From: an uncultured Victivallis sp.
Lineage (GTDB): Bacteria; Verrucomicrobiota; Lentisphaeria; Victivallales; GWF2-50-93
Assembly: GCA_964540865.1 (NCBI GenBank)
Contig: CAZION010000007.1
Span: 17,130 to 81,129, forward strand
Direction: 5' to 3'
DNA length: 64,000 nt
The number at the start of each line of letters is the position of its first letter. Position 1 is the first letter of the stretch. The notes beneath the pieces are model-generated. The model saw only the letters and a program-made list of their open reading frames with translations. It ran no database searches and was not told where the DNA came from. Positions 1 through 8,832 of this stretch are shown here, in pieces. The position numbers were made by a program, and so were the translations under genes.

Positions 1-477
1 GTCATGCTGTTTACGCCTGCACCCCTTCTCACACGGAGCAGGACATATGAGTCCCAGTGTTTCTGGCAATACGAGATCCTGCTTCGCGACAGTGTATGCC
101 TTTTCCCATTCGCCGGCCTGAATCAGGCGGAGCATGATCGGTATGTTCATTGCAGCTGGACAAATAGCCCTGCATGGACCTTCGCAATCCCCGACATGAT
201 CACTCAAGAGGAGTTCGAGCGACATACGCCTTGCTTCTCTGACCTCATCGCTCCTGGTGTCCACAACCATGCCATCGGAGACTGGCATTGCGCATCCCGG
301 TACAAGCCGGTCAATGCCTTCCACCTTGACTACGCAAACCATGCAAGATGTGTTGTGTTCAAAATCCTCATTATGACATAGTGTCGGGATCTTTATCCCA
401 AGTTTTGCAGCCGCTTCAATTATTGTTGCGGAAGCGGTGACTTCTACGTCTTGTCCGTCTATGGTTAATTTCGGCAT
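1..477 (-). CDS. 5' part of a 2Fe-2S (Fer2_4) + GltD/DPD-type Fe-S flavoprotein (StnC/NsoC-like), running off the window edge
   Basis: Not in ORF track. Manual translation from ATG at 477: MPKLTIDGQDVEV...IPTLC...SCMVC...PGC...LELLLSDHVGDCEGPCRAICPAAMNIP...LGLICPAPCEKGCRR. Open to base 1; starts 4 bp after the upstream gene's stop. Confidence 0.85.
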   Translation of the reverse strand, partial: MPKLTIDGQDVEVTASATIIEAAAKLGIKIPTLCHNEDFEHNTSCMVCVVKVEGIDRLVPGCAMPVSDGMVVDTRSDEVREARRMSLELLLSDHVGDCEGPCRAICPAAMNIPIMLRLIQAGEWEKAYTVAKQDLVLPETLGLICPAPCEKGCRRKQHD

Positions 478-481
478 GTTC

Positions 482-2914
482 CTATCCCACCTCTATCGCT
501 TCCGCAGGGCATGTCTTCTTGCATGCTCCGCATCGCACGCACTTCTTGTCGTCTATTTCATGTTTCTCATATGGCTTCATCGCTATGGCATCCACAGGGC
601 AGATCTGCGCGCATAAAGTGCATCCTATGCATTCGTCGTTTACAGTATATTTAATAAGGGCTTCACATTTTCCTGCAGGGCATTTGCCATTGATATGGGC
701 TTCGTACTCATCGCGATAATGGCGTATTGTGGACAAGACCGGGCTGGGTGCTGTCCGGCCAAGTCCGCAAAGGCTGCTTTTCCTGATCGTCAGGGCTAGC
801 GATTCAAGCTTTTCAATATCTCCAGTTTCTCCCTCTCCCCGGCAGAGGCGTTCCAGAATATCCAGCATACGCCTGGTACCGATTCTACAGGGTGTGCAGC
901 GGCCGCATGACTGATCCTGGGTGAAGGAAAGAAAATAGCGGGCCATATCCACCATGCAGTCGGTGTCATCAAGGACGATGAGCCCACCGGAGCCCATTAT
1001 GGCGCCTTGCGCGGTCAGAGTTTCAAAGTCAATCGGCGTATCGCAGGAGCTTGCCGGAATGCATCCTCCCGATGGACCGCCAATCTGCACTGCCTTGAAT
1101 TTCCTGCCATCTGCGACTCCACCTCCTATCTGTTCAACTATCTGCCTTATCGTGCTCCCCATGGGCACTTCAATAAGACCTCCCCGGTTCACCTTGCCTG
1201 CCAGCGCAAACACCTTCGTGCCTTTGCTTTTCTCAGTGCCTACGCTCGCAAACGCATCTGCACCATTCTGGAAAATCCAGGGAATGTTGGCAAATGTCTC
1301 GACGTTGTTTATGAGCGTGGGTTTTCCTAGAAATCCTTTGTCGGCCGGGTAGGGCGGCCGCATCCGAGGCATGCCTCGCTTCCCTTCCAAAGAGGCAAGC
1401 AGTGCTGTCTCCTCACCGCACACAAAGGCGCCCGCACCCTGCATGATGCGCAACTGCAGCGAGAAGCCAGTGCCAAACAGATTCTCCCCCAAACATCCCC
1501 GTTCCATGCAATGCCGTATCGCTTCCTGGACTCGAATTACGGCCAGCGGATATTCTTCGCGTATGTAAAGGATTCCCTGTCCTGCTCCGACAGCATACGC
1601 TGCAATAATCATCCCCTCAATGATCCGGTAAGGAAAACTTTCCAGTAGCATCCTGTCCATAAAGGCGCCGGGATCACCTTCGTCACCATTTAAGACAATA
1701 TATTTTTCATCGCCTTCTGCAGTCCTGACGCTTTTCCATTTCAGTCCAGTCGGGAAACCGGCCCCTCCGCGGCCCCGCAGTCCGCTTCTGTTGACAATAT
1801 CAATTATCGTATCAGGGCTCAATTCCTTCAGGCAGCGCTGGCTGGAGGCAAAACCGCCATATTTCAGGTATTCATCCAAACTGGTCGGATCAATATTGCC
1901 GCAGTGTTCCAATGCGACATGTTTTTGAAGTCCTTTGAACGCAGTCAGCGAAGGATTACTTGTATGAAGGGCGCGGTTGGCGACAGGTTCCCATACTTCA
2001 TCGGTAAGCAGGCGATCAATGGAGTAATTGAGCGATCTTTTAATCCGCCCCAGCAATCCATGGGAAGGGAAATGGCGCTGGACAATCTGCGAAGCATCCA
2101 GCGGACGTACTTTTGCGTACATCTGTGAAGCCCCCTCGGGAGTTACCACCTCCACCAAGGGCGTATTGTGGCACATCCCGACGCATCCAACCCTTTTCAC
2201 AAAGGCGTTGACCCCATGGTCTGTCAGAGCCTTTTGAAAGGCATCCCTTACATTGCCGGCTCCACTGGCCACGCAGCATGAACCAAGGCCTATGCGGATC
2301 TCCGTCATTCCGGATTTCACGGACGCCTGCGAGGAACCGGCTGGTTTCCTTCCGCCAAGCTCCGACTCATATTTCAAAAAGTCACGGATCACCTGTCCGA
2401 CATTTTCCGGTGTCATATGCCCATAGGTGGTTTCATCAATGACAATTACCGGCGCCAGCGTGCAGCACCCGAGACATGCGACCTTCTCGACTGTAAAGGC
2501 CCTGTCTGGAGAAGTGTCATCATTTTCAGGGATTTCCAATTCCCTGTAAACCGCTTTGATGAGCTTGTCAGAACCTTTGACATGACATGCGGTCCCTACG
2601 CAAATCCTGATAGTGTGTTTTCCGGCGGGCCTCAGTCGGAACTGCTTGTAAAATGTTGCGACTCCCTCTATGCGGGCGGGAGTGATGTCCGTTGTTTCAG
2701 CCAATCGCTGCAAAGCTTCGGACGGCAGGTAGCGCCATTTGCGCTGGAAGGCTTGGAGGATGGCAATAAGGTTTTCCGGCCGGCCTTCCAACTGCCTGAT
2801 GATCTCATCCGCCGCCGAATGAATTTCAGGATTGCTGGATTGCTGGATTGCTGGATTGATGCGTGCATGCAAATCAGGAGGAGCTGCATCAGGAAATGCT
2901 TTGATATTTTTCAA
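482..2914 (-). CDS. Fused NuoE-like + NuoF-like (HydC-HydB / StnA-StnB / BfuC-BfuB) NAD(P)H-binding FMN/Fe-S protein
   Basis: NuoE motifs (VATFY, CVGTACHV, ACLGCC), second thioredoxin-like 2Fe-2S (GSCC...GCVGMC), NuoF motifs (GLRGRGGAGFPTG, DEGDPGAFMD, GAFVCGEETAL, GGPSGG, SCGRCTPCR), C-terminal 2x CxxCxxCxxxCP. TTG start with GGAGG RBS. Confidence 0.92.
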   Translation of the reverse strand: MKNIKAFPDAAPPDLHARINPAIQQSSNPEIHSAADEIIRQLEGRPENLIAILQAFQRKWRYLPSEALQRLAETTDITPARIEGVATFYKQFRLRPAGKHTIRICVGTACHVKGSDKLIKAVYRELEIPENDDTSPDRAFTVEKVACLGCCTLAPVIVIDETTYGHMTPENVGQVIRDFLKYESELGGRKPAGSSQASVKSGMTEIRIGLGSCCVASGAGNVRDAFQKALTDHGVNAFVKRVGCVGMCHNTPLVEVVTPEGASQMYAKVRPLDASQIVQRHFPSHGLLGRIKRSLNYSIDRLLTDEVWEPVANRALHTSNPSLTAFKGLQKHVALEHCGNIDPTSLDEYLKYGGFASSQRCLKELSPDTIIDIVNRSGLRGRGGAGFPTGLKWKSVRTAEGDEKYIVLNGDEGDPGAFMDRMLLESFPYRIIEGMIIAAYAVGAGQGILYIREEYPLAVIRVQEAIRHCMERGCLGENLFGTGFSLQLRIMQGAGAFVCGEETALLASLEGKRGMPRMRPPYPADKGFLGKPTLINNVETFANIPWIFQNGADAFASVGTEKSKGTKVFALAGKVNRGGLIEVPMGSTIRQIVEQIGGGVADGRKFKAVQIGGPSGGCIPASSCDTPIDFETLTAQGAIMGSGGLIVLDDTDCMVDMARYFLSFTQDQSCGRCTPCRIGTRRMLDILERLCRGEGETGDIEKLESLALTIRKSSLCGLGRTAPSPVLSTIRHYRDEYEAHINGKCPAGKCEALIKYTVNDECIGCTLCAQICPVDAIAMKPYEKHEIDDKKCVRCGACKKTCPAEAIEVG
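2829..2858. repeat. Octamer tandem repeat (GGATTGCT)x3.75 inside the 5' end of the NuoEF-like gene
   Basis: Read directly from sequence. Confidence 0.9.
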
Positions 2915-2944
2915 AATGTTTCCTCCCTTTGGAATCAGTGAACA

Positions 2945-2972
2945 GTCGTCGGTCGTCGGTCGTCGGTCGTCG
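2945..2972. repeat. Heptamer tandem repeat (GTCGTCG)x4
   Basis: Read directly; lies just upstream of the NuoEF-like gene RBS. Confidence 0.9.
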
Positions 2973-3052
2973 GAGCGCTGCGCCTCTGCGTCGCCGCGCG
3001 AAACCTCTCAGTCCTCGGCCTACCCTAGAGGGAGAACAAATTCGAAAAAAAC

Positions 3053-3358
3053 TTATGATAGCCTCAGGTAATTCCTGGTTTCCATTTTCCCGTGAAAGAC
3101 ACCGAGAACATCTATTTCATTGTCCTTTTCACGGTAAAGATATGCAATCCTATAGTGTCCATGCAGAATTATTCTTATATGTTTTTTTGAAGGATGCTGA
3201 TAGTTGTAACCAATTTCAGGTAGATTCTGCAGAATTTGAACCTTTTCGTAAATGCCATTGACTGTATTGACGGCTGCAGTAGGATTTTCAGAAGCGATAT
3301 AATGAAAGATATAATTGAGCCAATACTTGGATTCTTCGGTCCAGTTTATTTTGACCAT
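3053..3358 (-). CDS. Type II toxin, RelE/ParE family
   Basis: 101 aa: I.WT..S...L..I..YI..ENP.AA...I...LQNLPEIG...HYRIAY...IDVLGVFHG; overlaps the upstream small acidic ORF. Confidence 0.88.
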   Translation of the reverse strand: MVKINWTEESKYWLNYIFHYIASENPTAAVNTVNGIYEKVQILQNLPEIGYNYQHPSKKHIRIILHGHYRIAYLYREKDNEIDVLGVFHGKMETRNYLRLS

Positions 3359-3534
3359 GACTCGATTTCTCTTTTCATGTTTTCGTTACTGATGAGTCTT
3401 TTGTGCTTGGAATCCTCAAGTCCCTTGTCAATCATTTCGGCAAAGGCCAGCTCACGAAGAATTTCATCGAACGAACTGTCGTCCGGTTGTTCCTCAATGA
3501 TTTTAATCATATTTTCCTTGATAAGTGCAGGCAT
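3346..3534 (-). CDS. Putative antitoxin of the RelE/ParE pair
   Basis: 62 aa: QPDDSSFDEILREL...IDKGLEDS...RLISNE...IESW; overlaps the toxin start. Confidence 0.8.
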   Translation of the reverse strand: MPALIKENMIKIIEEQPDDSSFDEILRELAFAEMIDKGLEDSKHKRLISNENMKREIESWSK

Positions 3535-3827
3535 AAGAATCCTCTTTCAATTTTGTATTGAATATAAATCACACAGGAAGGAAAATCAAGCCCCTGCACT
3601 GCTGAGCAAATGGAGGATTTTCTATAGCAAATAAGTTTCCGGAATTATCAGGGCTGAAGACAGCTTGATGGCTGCCTGTCTTGTAATTTTACGCCGTCCT
3701 TTTTCGTAGTCGCTATGGATATTTCAATACGGGGCGTTTTCACGACTGCCAGCATAATACACCTCAATTGTTATCATTATAATATCGCAATATATAGCTG
3801 TCAATATATCGCATGGCATTTTAATGA

Positions 3828-3938
3828 GGAATTCAATCTAAGTAACACAGGCTTCAGCCTGTTGTTAAATAAAGCGAGAAAAAGAAGAAATTGCAGGCTA
3901 AAGCCCGCATTACCATGTTCAAAAACTTTGAAATTCCT
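3828..3938. repeat. MITE/REP-like element: AGGAATT.CA...TGAAATTCCT ends enclosing a GTAA-type palindrome pair
   Basis: gtaacacaggcttcagcctgt ... caggctaaagcccgcattac; the TGAAATTCCT end motif recurs near 5305, 12395 and 59532. Confidence 0.5.
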
Positions 3939-3943
3939 AAACG

Positions 3944-4225
3944 TCAGGAATAATTTCTCCAGTTTCTGGAAAAATTACTCACACCGACAGGATGATTCCG
4001 CCAGCCACCATCAGGATGATGGCGATTGCTTTTTGCGCCACAAGAGCATTTCATCTCATAGTGAGGTGCGCCGGGCGAAGGATGTAAACACATACCGTAG
4101 TCGAAAGTAATTTCTTCGTTGGCTTTGATCCCTTTCATGGACACCAACACGATCTGACCTTTAATTCCGGCGTTAGGCGAACAACTATGATTTATGAAAT
4201 TGGCCGGAATGAAAAAACAGGGTTT
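3944..4225 (-). pseudogene. SET-domain lysine methyltransferase remnant
   Basis: Reading upstream of the ORF-track start gives ANFINHSCSPNAG...EEITFDY...CSCG (SET and post-SET motifs). An in-frame stop lies just upstream, so the N-terminal half is missing. Confidence 0.75.
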
Positions 4226-4388
4226 TCATTAATACATTGCTGAAACAGCCATAAAAAACGAGATGCAGTTGGCGACATTGAATCAAGGACATTTTAAAGC
4301 ATCTTAGGCTGGCATCAATCTGAAGTGTTTCATTTTGCGGCGACAAGCCTGACCTCAAGTTTGCAAACTATTTCTCCCCTTTGGGAGA

Positions 4389-4440
4389 TCTGCGTCTTAA
4401 TCTCAGCGCACTCTGCGGTAAAGGCATTGAATCCTAACCG
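4389..4440 (+). repeat. 52-bp dispersed direct repeat, copy 1
   Basis: 50/52 identical to 13141-13192. Confidence 0.9.
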
Positions 4441-4512
4441 TAGGCAACGGAAGGGCTTGCTTACGCAATTGACAAATATGAAGGTCAATCATCATATCGT
4501 CCAGTCGGTCAA

Positions 4513-5040
4513 TCACCCACCTGAATGACTCTGGATTAAATTAATAACAATCGCCACAATCAATAAAAAGACGGCGAATGCCGCCAAGGCCATGCGGCTG
4601 TAGCCGGTATGCCTGTATTCCGTGCCGGTTCCGGGCACAATAGGAACCGCAAGTGTATTTTTCAAACATAAAATAAGCACGGTCAGACCGACAAGCAGTA
4701 AGCATGCCCCGAGCCGCGCTTTTACCTGACTGTTGAAATAATTCCGTCTTATCCGCTGATCAGTCGTCTGTATTTCTTTTTTGATTGCTTTGTCTCCTGG
4801 GTTCAGACGATGCTCAGCCACCAGGGCATCCAGTTTCCGGGAATTGACTGAAGACATCGGATCATTTTGCTTCATATCATGGAAGTTCGCCAGAAGAAGC
4901 AAAATTACAGCCATCGAGAAAAATCCGGCGACTATGGCCAGCCTTCGCGCTGTCAGACGGAAAAGCTTACTTCGTATTTCCGTGTCAGTTTGCACTTTTT
5001 TAGTCATCCTTAGCCTCTTTTTCTTTACCACTAAACACAC
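4513..5040 (-). CDS. Hypothetical membrane protein (about 3 TM helices)
   Basis: Three hydrophobic segments around a polar DP...RR.YF loop; same strand as the cluster; likely start is MTKK at 5007. Confidence 0.7.
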   Translation of the reverse strand: MCLVVKKKRLRMTKKVQTDTEIRSKLFRLTARRLAIVAGFFSMAVILLLLANFHDMKQNDPMSSVNSRKLDALVAEHRLNPGDKAIKKEIQTTDQRIRRNYFNSQVKARLGACLLLVGLTVLILCLKNTLAVPIVPGTGTEYRHTGYSRMALAAFAVFLLIVAIVINLIQSHSGG

Positions 5041-5107
5041 AAAACACGTAAGCGTTAAGCTGGGTGCTCATTTCATTCCCCCTGCCAGTTTATCTGGCAG
5101 GAGAAGA

Positions 5108-5178
5108 AGATTGGGGAGCTAATGGCTACGCCTTTAGCCTACCACTCTTTGCTTCCCGTGGGATAAACCCACGGGGGA
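5108..5178. repeat. REP/REPIN-like palindromic element, partial copy related to 12079-12186
   Basis: agattgggg.gcta.tggc...gcc.tagc...cccgtgggataaacccacggg. Confidence 0.7.
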
Positions 5179-5313
5179 GCTAATCTTTCCTGTGAATCTG
5201 TTTTTGAAACAAAATCAAATTCACAGCAAGGTTTGTATTTTTTAATTCTTTTTTTGTTCTTATTTCATAAAATCAATTGTTAAGTTTTTGCGAAGCAAGA
5301 ACTTTGAAATTCC

Positions 5314-6603
5314 TTAGCGTTTAGTTTCGCCTGCGAGCTTAGCTCGCCTAAGATGTTCCATTGGACAATATGAGTGACATCTGCCGCATGAAAAACAGAG
5401 GCCGCGATCTGGAAGGTAGTCCTCCTGTTTTCTTCTGATGGTAAGGGAAATCATACCGAATCCCAGAACAAATCCCAAGTATGCCCCCATAAGCGTTGAC
5501 CCTATGACAAACTGATGTCTGATTTTTGCGGCTTTCGCAAAAAGGTCCGAATCCAAAGCTCCTGTCTGTCTGAATGCCGTTACCAGATCGCCTTGCCAGG
5601 CGCTTTGATTCTTCTCGGCTGAGTTTAGCATCTCGGCTGCTTCCACCGTTTTGTTCAGACGGCTCAACGGCATGCTTGAGTGGTAGCCGGCACAGGCACC
5701 GATTAAAATTAATAAAGGCAGGATAAGCATTAGTGCGGACAGAATTCTTTTTTCCTTTCTGAATTCGCTTTCCATCCGCCCGGTTTTCGGACGCGTAATG
5801 GCTCCGTACGGACAGGCGTTTTCACAGAGATGGCATCTGATGCATTTATCGGGGGTGATCGTCGTGTGCCAGCTGGAAAACTTCGAACATAGGTTCAACA
5901 GAACACCGTACGGACAAGCATATCTGCAATATGGCCTGCCTACAAAAAAAGCCAACCCCACGATGCAAGCAGTCAGAATCAGCACATCGAAGGAGCCATT
6001 TAAACGGTAAATGGAAACAAACGGATCGAACTGGCAGACGATGAATGCGCTGCCGGTCGCCGCCAGCAGGACAGCCAGGCTCAGGTAAACATGGGGCAGG
6101 AACCTCAGAGCCCTGTCCAGCCATTCCGGAACTTTCAGCGGCTTAATCAGGACCGTCTCCTGCAACGCGCCAAGAGGGCATACGGTGGCACAGAAGACTC
6201 TGCCGAAAAAGAGGGCGGAAACCAATGGCAGGACAAAAAAGAGAACGGCCGTCAAAGGCATGAAATAATCGGTGCTGCAGACAGCCAGCGCCATGTTCTG
6301 CAAACTCCCCACGGAGCAGATGCAGCCCTGCTTGTAGAAACCGAAATAAATCACTGAAAACAACGCCAACAGGGACAGGGCTTTGCGTGACCTTCGCCTC
6401 AAGGCGACAACCGCAAGGATGAGGCAGAGACACAGTACGGCGGTATCAAGATATTCAAATACGGCTAAACGCGCGTGGGCATGCTGGACAACAGGGATCT
6501 GATGCTTCGTCTCGTTGAAGTCGGGACGCGGAAAACGGTCCGCACCCGTCCCGTAAAAGGAAATGCCGAACATGATTATTGCTGTTAAGATCAGGATTCT
6601 CAT
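5314..6603 (-). CDS. Polytopic membrane 4Fe-4S binding protein (NapH/MauN/YccM-like)
   Basis: GRVFCATVCPLG, RPYCRYACPYG, CIRCHLCENACP, CFSCGRCHSYCP; many TM helices. Confidence 0.88.
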   Translation of the reverse strand: MRILILTAIIMFGISFYGTGADRFPRPDFNETKHQIPVVQHAHARLAVFEYLDTAVLCLCLILAVVALRRRSRKALSLLALFSVIYFGFYKQGCICSVGSLQNMALAVCSTDYFMPLTAVLFFVLPLVSALFFGRVFCATVCPLGALQETVLIKPLKVPEWLDRALRFLPHVYLSLAVLLAATGSAFIVCQFDPFVSIYRLNGSFDVLILTACIVGLAFFVGRPYCRYACPYGVLLNLCSKFSSWHTTITPDKCIRCHLCENACPYGAITRPKTGRMESEFRKEKRILSALMLILPLLILIGACAGYHSSMPLSRLNKTVEAAEMLNSAEKNQSAWQGDLVTAFRQTGALDSDLFAKAAKIRHQFVIGSTLMGAYLGFVLGFGMISLTIRRKQEDYLPDRGLCFSCGRCHSYCPMEHLRRAKLAGETKR

Positions 6604-7260
6604 TCAGGTTACCTTCTTTGAGGCTTCTTCAGTTTGCAGCCCTTTGAACAGATATGGCTTGTCGGAAGGCAGTCTTACAAAAGCATTTGCAGGGCAGGCC
6701 TTGGCGATGGAACACTGGTTGCAGTTTACGCAGAGGGAGTGATCCACCTGGAGATACAGGCTGCCGTTTCCAAATGTCTGGCATCCCTTCACGCACTTGG
6801 AGCAACCTATGCAGCGTTCCTTGTCGATGGTGTATTCATAATACGGATGCTCTATGAACTTCCTTATCAGCGCATTGGTGGGGCAGAGCTGTTTTTCAGC
6901 AGTTGTTTCAAATTCCATGGTCCCTGGTTTGAAATAGGCGAAGCAGAAGTCGCAATATCCGCAGACATTGAATGCGTGGAAGCATTTTACGGCGGAAGGT
7001 GAAAGCACACATTCCGTGGCGCAGCGTCCGCATTGTATGCATTTGGCGGGATCGAGCTGCCACACGGAACCCTTATACCTGATCTGGCATTTTCCTGAAA
7101 CCATACAATTGGAACAGTCCCTTCCTGGAGGACACTGTGCATGCAAGTCCCTCGAATCAGAGGGGCGTAGCGCCCGTATACCGCAATACCCCAGGAGGGC
7201 AAGAAGGCCTCCTCGAGCAAGCAGTTTTGCGAAATCACGCCTTGAAAACCCGTCTTTCAT
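6604..7260 (-). CDS. Polyferredoxin with twin-arginine-like N-terminus
   Basis: SRRDF followed by a hydrophobic stretch; CIQCGRCATEC, CGYCDFC, CIGCSKCVKGC, CVNCNQC...CP; abuts the next gene. Confidence 0.85.
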   Translation of the reverse strand: MKDGFSRRDFAKLLARGGLLALLGYCGIRALRPSDSRDLHAQCPPGRDCSNCMVSGKCQIRYKGSVWQLDPAKCIQCGRCATECVLSPSAVKCFHAFNVCGYCDFCFAYFKPGTMEFETTAEKQLCPTNALIRKFIEHPYYEYTIDKERCIGCSKCVKGCQTFGNGSLYLQVDHSLCVNCNQCSIAKACPANAFVRLPSDKPYLFKGLQTEEASKKVT

Positions 7261-7297
7261 TTTTCGAAATTCCTATTCCTTGTATTTTTTGCTTTTA

Positions 7298-7472
7298 GTC
7301 AGGCTCTTTGGACTGACCTTGGAGTGCGGAAACTTGTTACCGCCTTGTTCCGCGAAATTCATTTCGCGGTGTTACCTTACTCCGGGACGGAATAAATTCC
7401 GTCGTTAAAGGCGGCAATAAATTGCCGCACTCCAGGTGCGAATTTCGCAATTCGCAATAGATGAATTTCAGA
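7298..7472. repeat. Multi-hairpin REPIN-like element (TGGAGTGC...GCACTCCA), copy A
   Basis: Same architecture as 59341-59505, with compensatory stem changes. Confidence 0.85.
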
Positions 7473-7489
7473 AATACCTGGAGCTTTGC

Positions 7490-8458
7490 CTATTCCGACA
7501 CTGATTTCTCTTTAAAAATACGGATATTGCCTGTGCCTGGATCTATCGCATAGATTATGCCTTTATTATCCACGGCAATGTCACAAGGGGGCTGTCCCGC
7601 CTTAAATGATTCAGGGCCGGCGACCACACCGATGAAATCTCCGGAAGGAGAATATAATTTGATTCTCGGAATGGACTTCTCACTTGTAACTATCCTCCAA
7701 TCCGGACATAATGCGATATGCACCGGATTACAGCAGCCTGAAAATCCTTCTATGCCTGCGGACGGATTGCTCTTCCATACGGATATCAGCTCGCCCGACT
7801 GTGAATAGAACTTGAGACGGTGTCTGCCGGGATCAATCACTGCTAATAGATCATTTTCGCCGGCCGCTACACCGAGATATGGGGAATATATTACTATTCC
7901 GTCATCGCCTGTTTCCTTGTTGGCGCCACCTATCTTGAATCCCTCCTTTTCCGGACTGGCCAAATCCTTCACATGCACCAGCTTCTTCCCGGCATCCGCG
8001 ATAAAGACATTTTTCCCTGTCAGGGCGATTCCCCTTATTATGCTGCCCCTGTCAAAGTTCCAGGATTTTATTTCAATACCGTCTGAATTAAAAACTGAAA
8101 CCTGTGTTGAGAAACCGACAAAAACATTCTTGTCTTCGGACACCGCGATGCACATTGGTCGGGCTTGCAGATTAATTTGCCGCAGTTCCTTCCCGTCGGT
8201 ATCAAAAACCCGTACCTGAGAGTCGCCACCGGCATATATCCTGTTGTCGGGTCCTATGGCGATACATGTCGGAGTTTTAAATCCTGTTGGAATCGGAGGG
8301 AGTTCATTGTAAAGGATGATGTCCTGACTCGTTTTCCGAAATTCGTCCAAGTTGTAAACTTTATCTGCCGAAGAAACGTCAGGCTTCCCTTTCAACGCAA
8401 AATAAATTCCAGTTCCGGCCAGGCAGAGAAGCAGGACCGCTATTGCATAATTCTTCAT
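7490..8458 (-). CDS. NHL-repeat beta-propeller protein, N-terminally anchored or secreted
   Basis: Signal/anchor helix; repeated P..IA.....IY...VFD..G units; GFSGCCNP motif. Confidence 0.85.
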   Translation of the reverse strand: MKNYAIAVLLLCLAGTGIYFALKGKPDVSSADKVYNLDEFRKTSQDIILYNELPPIPTGFKTPTCIAIGPDNRIYAGGDSQVRVFDTDGKELRQINLQARPMCIAVSEDKNVFVGFSTQVSVFNSDGIEIKSWNFDRGSIIRGIALTGKNVFIADAGKKLVHVKDLASPEKEGFKIGGANKETGDDGIVIYSPYLGVAAGENDLLAVIDPGRHRLKFYSQSGELISVWKSNPSAGIEGFSGCCNPVHIALCPDWRIVTSEKSIPRIKLYSPSGDFIGVVAGPESFKAGQPPCDIAVDNKGIIYAIDPGTGNIRIFKEKSVSE

Positions 8459-8561
8459 ATGGAATTCCCATTTTCTTTTACTGCCGAAGCAACTTCGAAA
8501 TTATCTCATATGTGATGATGAATGCTGTAATATGTTGAGCCCATCGATGCTCCGCCAGTTT

Positions 8562-8775
8562 CTGGCACCCATCCAGGGTGCGTTAATTTTAATCTCAATC
8601 CGGAGGTCTACGCGATGCTTCGACCTCCGGCTACTATCTGACAACCCTTCAGGTTGTAAACAAACACGGGCTCAAAATCAAATACAAATGCCCTCTCGAT
8701 AAATTCCTGAGAAAATAAGTGTTGTAGACAGGGCTTTAGCCCGAGAATCTTCGCGGTCTAAAGAGCCGCTCTACT
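8562..8775. repeat. Cluster of intergenic palindromes (REP-like)
   Basis: gcacccatccagggtgc, ccggaggtc...gacctccgg, caacccttcaggttg, gtagacagggctttagccc...gctctac. Confidence 0.6.
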
Positions 8776-8832
8776 TGATCGGCAAAAGTCTTGTTTTTAT
8801 AAAACTGCGAATTTCGCAGTCACGTCTACCCC

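Noticed and set aside
4-381. Plus-strand 125-aa ORF
   Set aside because: Antisense shadow of the Fe-S protein read on the minus strand from 477
1-2914. [FeFe]-hydrogenase HydABC or respiratory complex I (nuoEFG)
   Set aside because: The partner subunit has a GltD-type Cys pattern after Fer2, not HydA/NuoG motifs; no other nuo genes or hydrogenase maturases are in the window
7298-7472. tRNA or known riboswitch
   Set aside because: Multi-hairpin, but no T-loop/anticodon geometry or recognisable aptamer consensus; a second copy lies in an unrelated context
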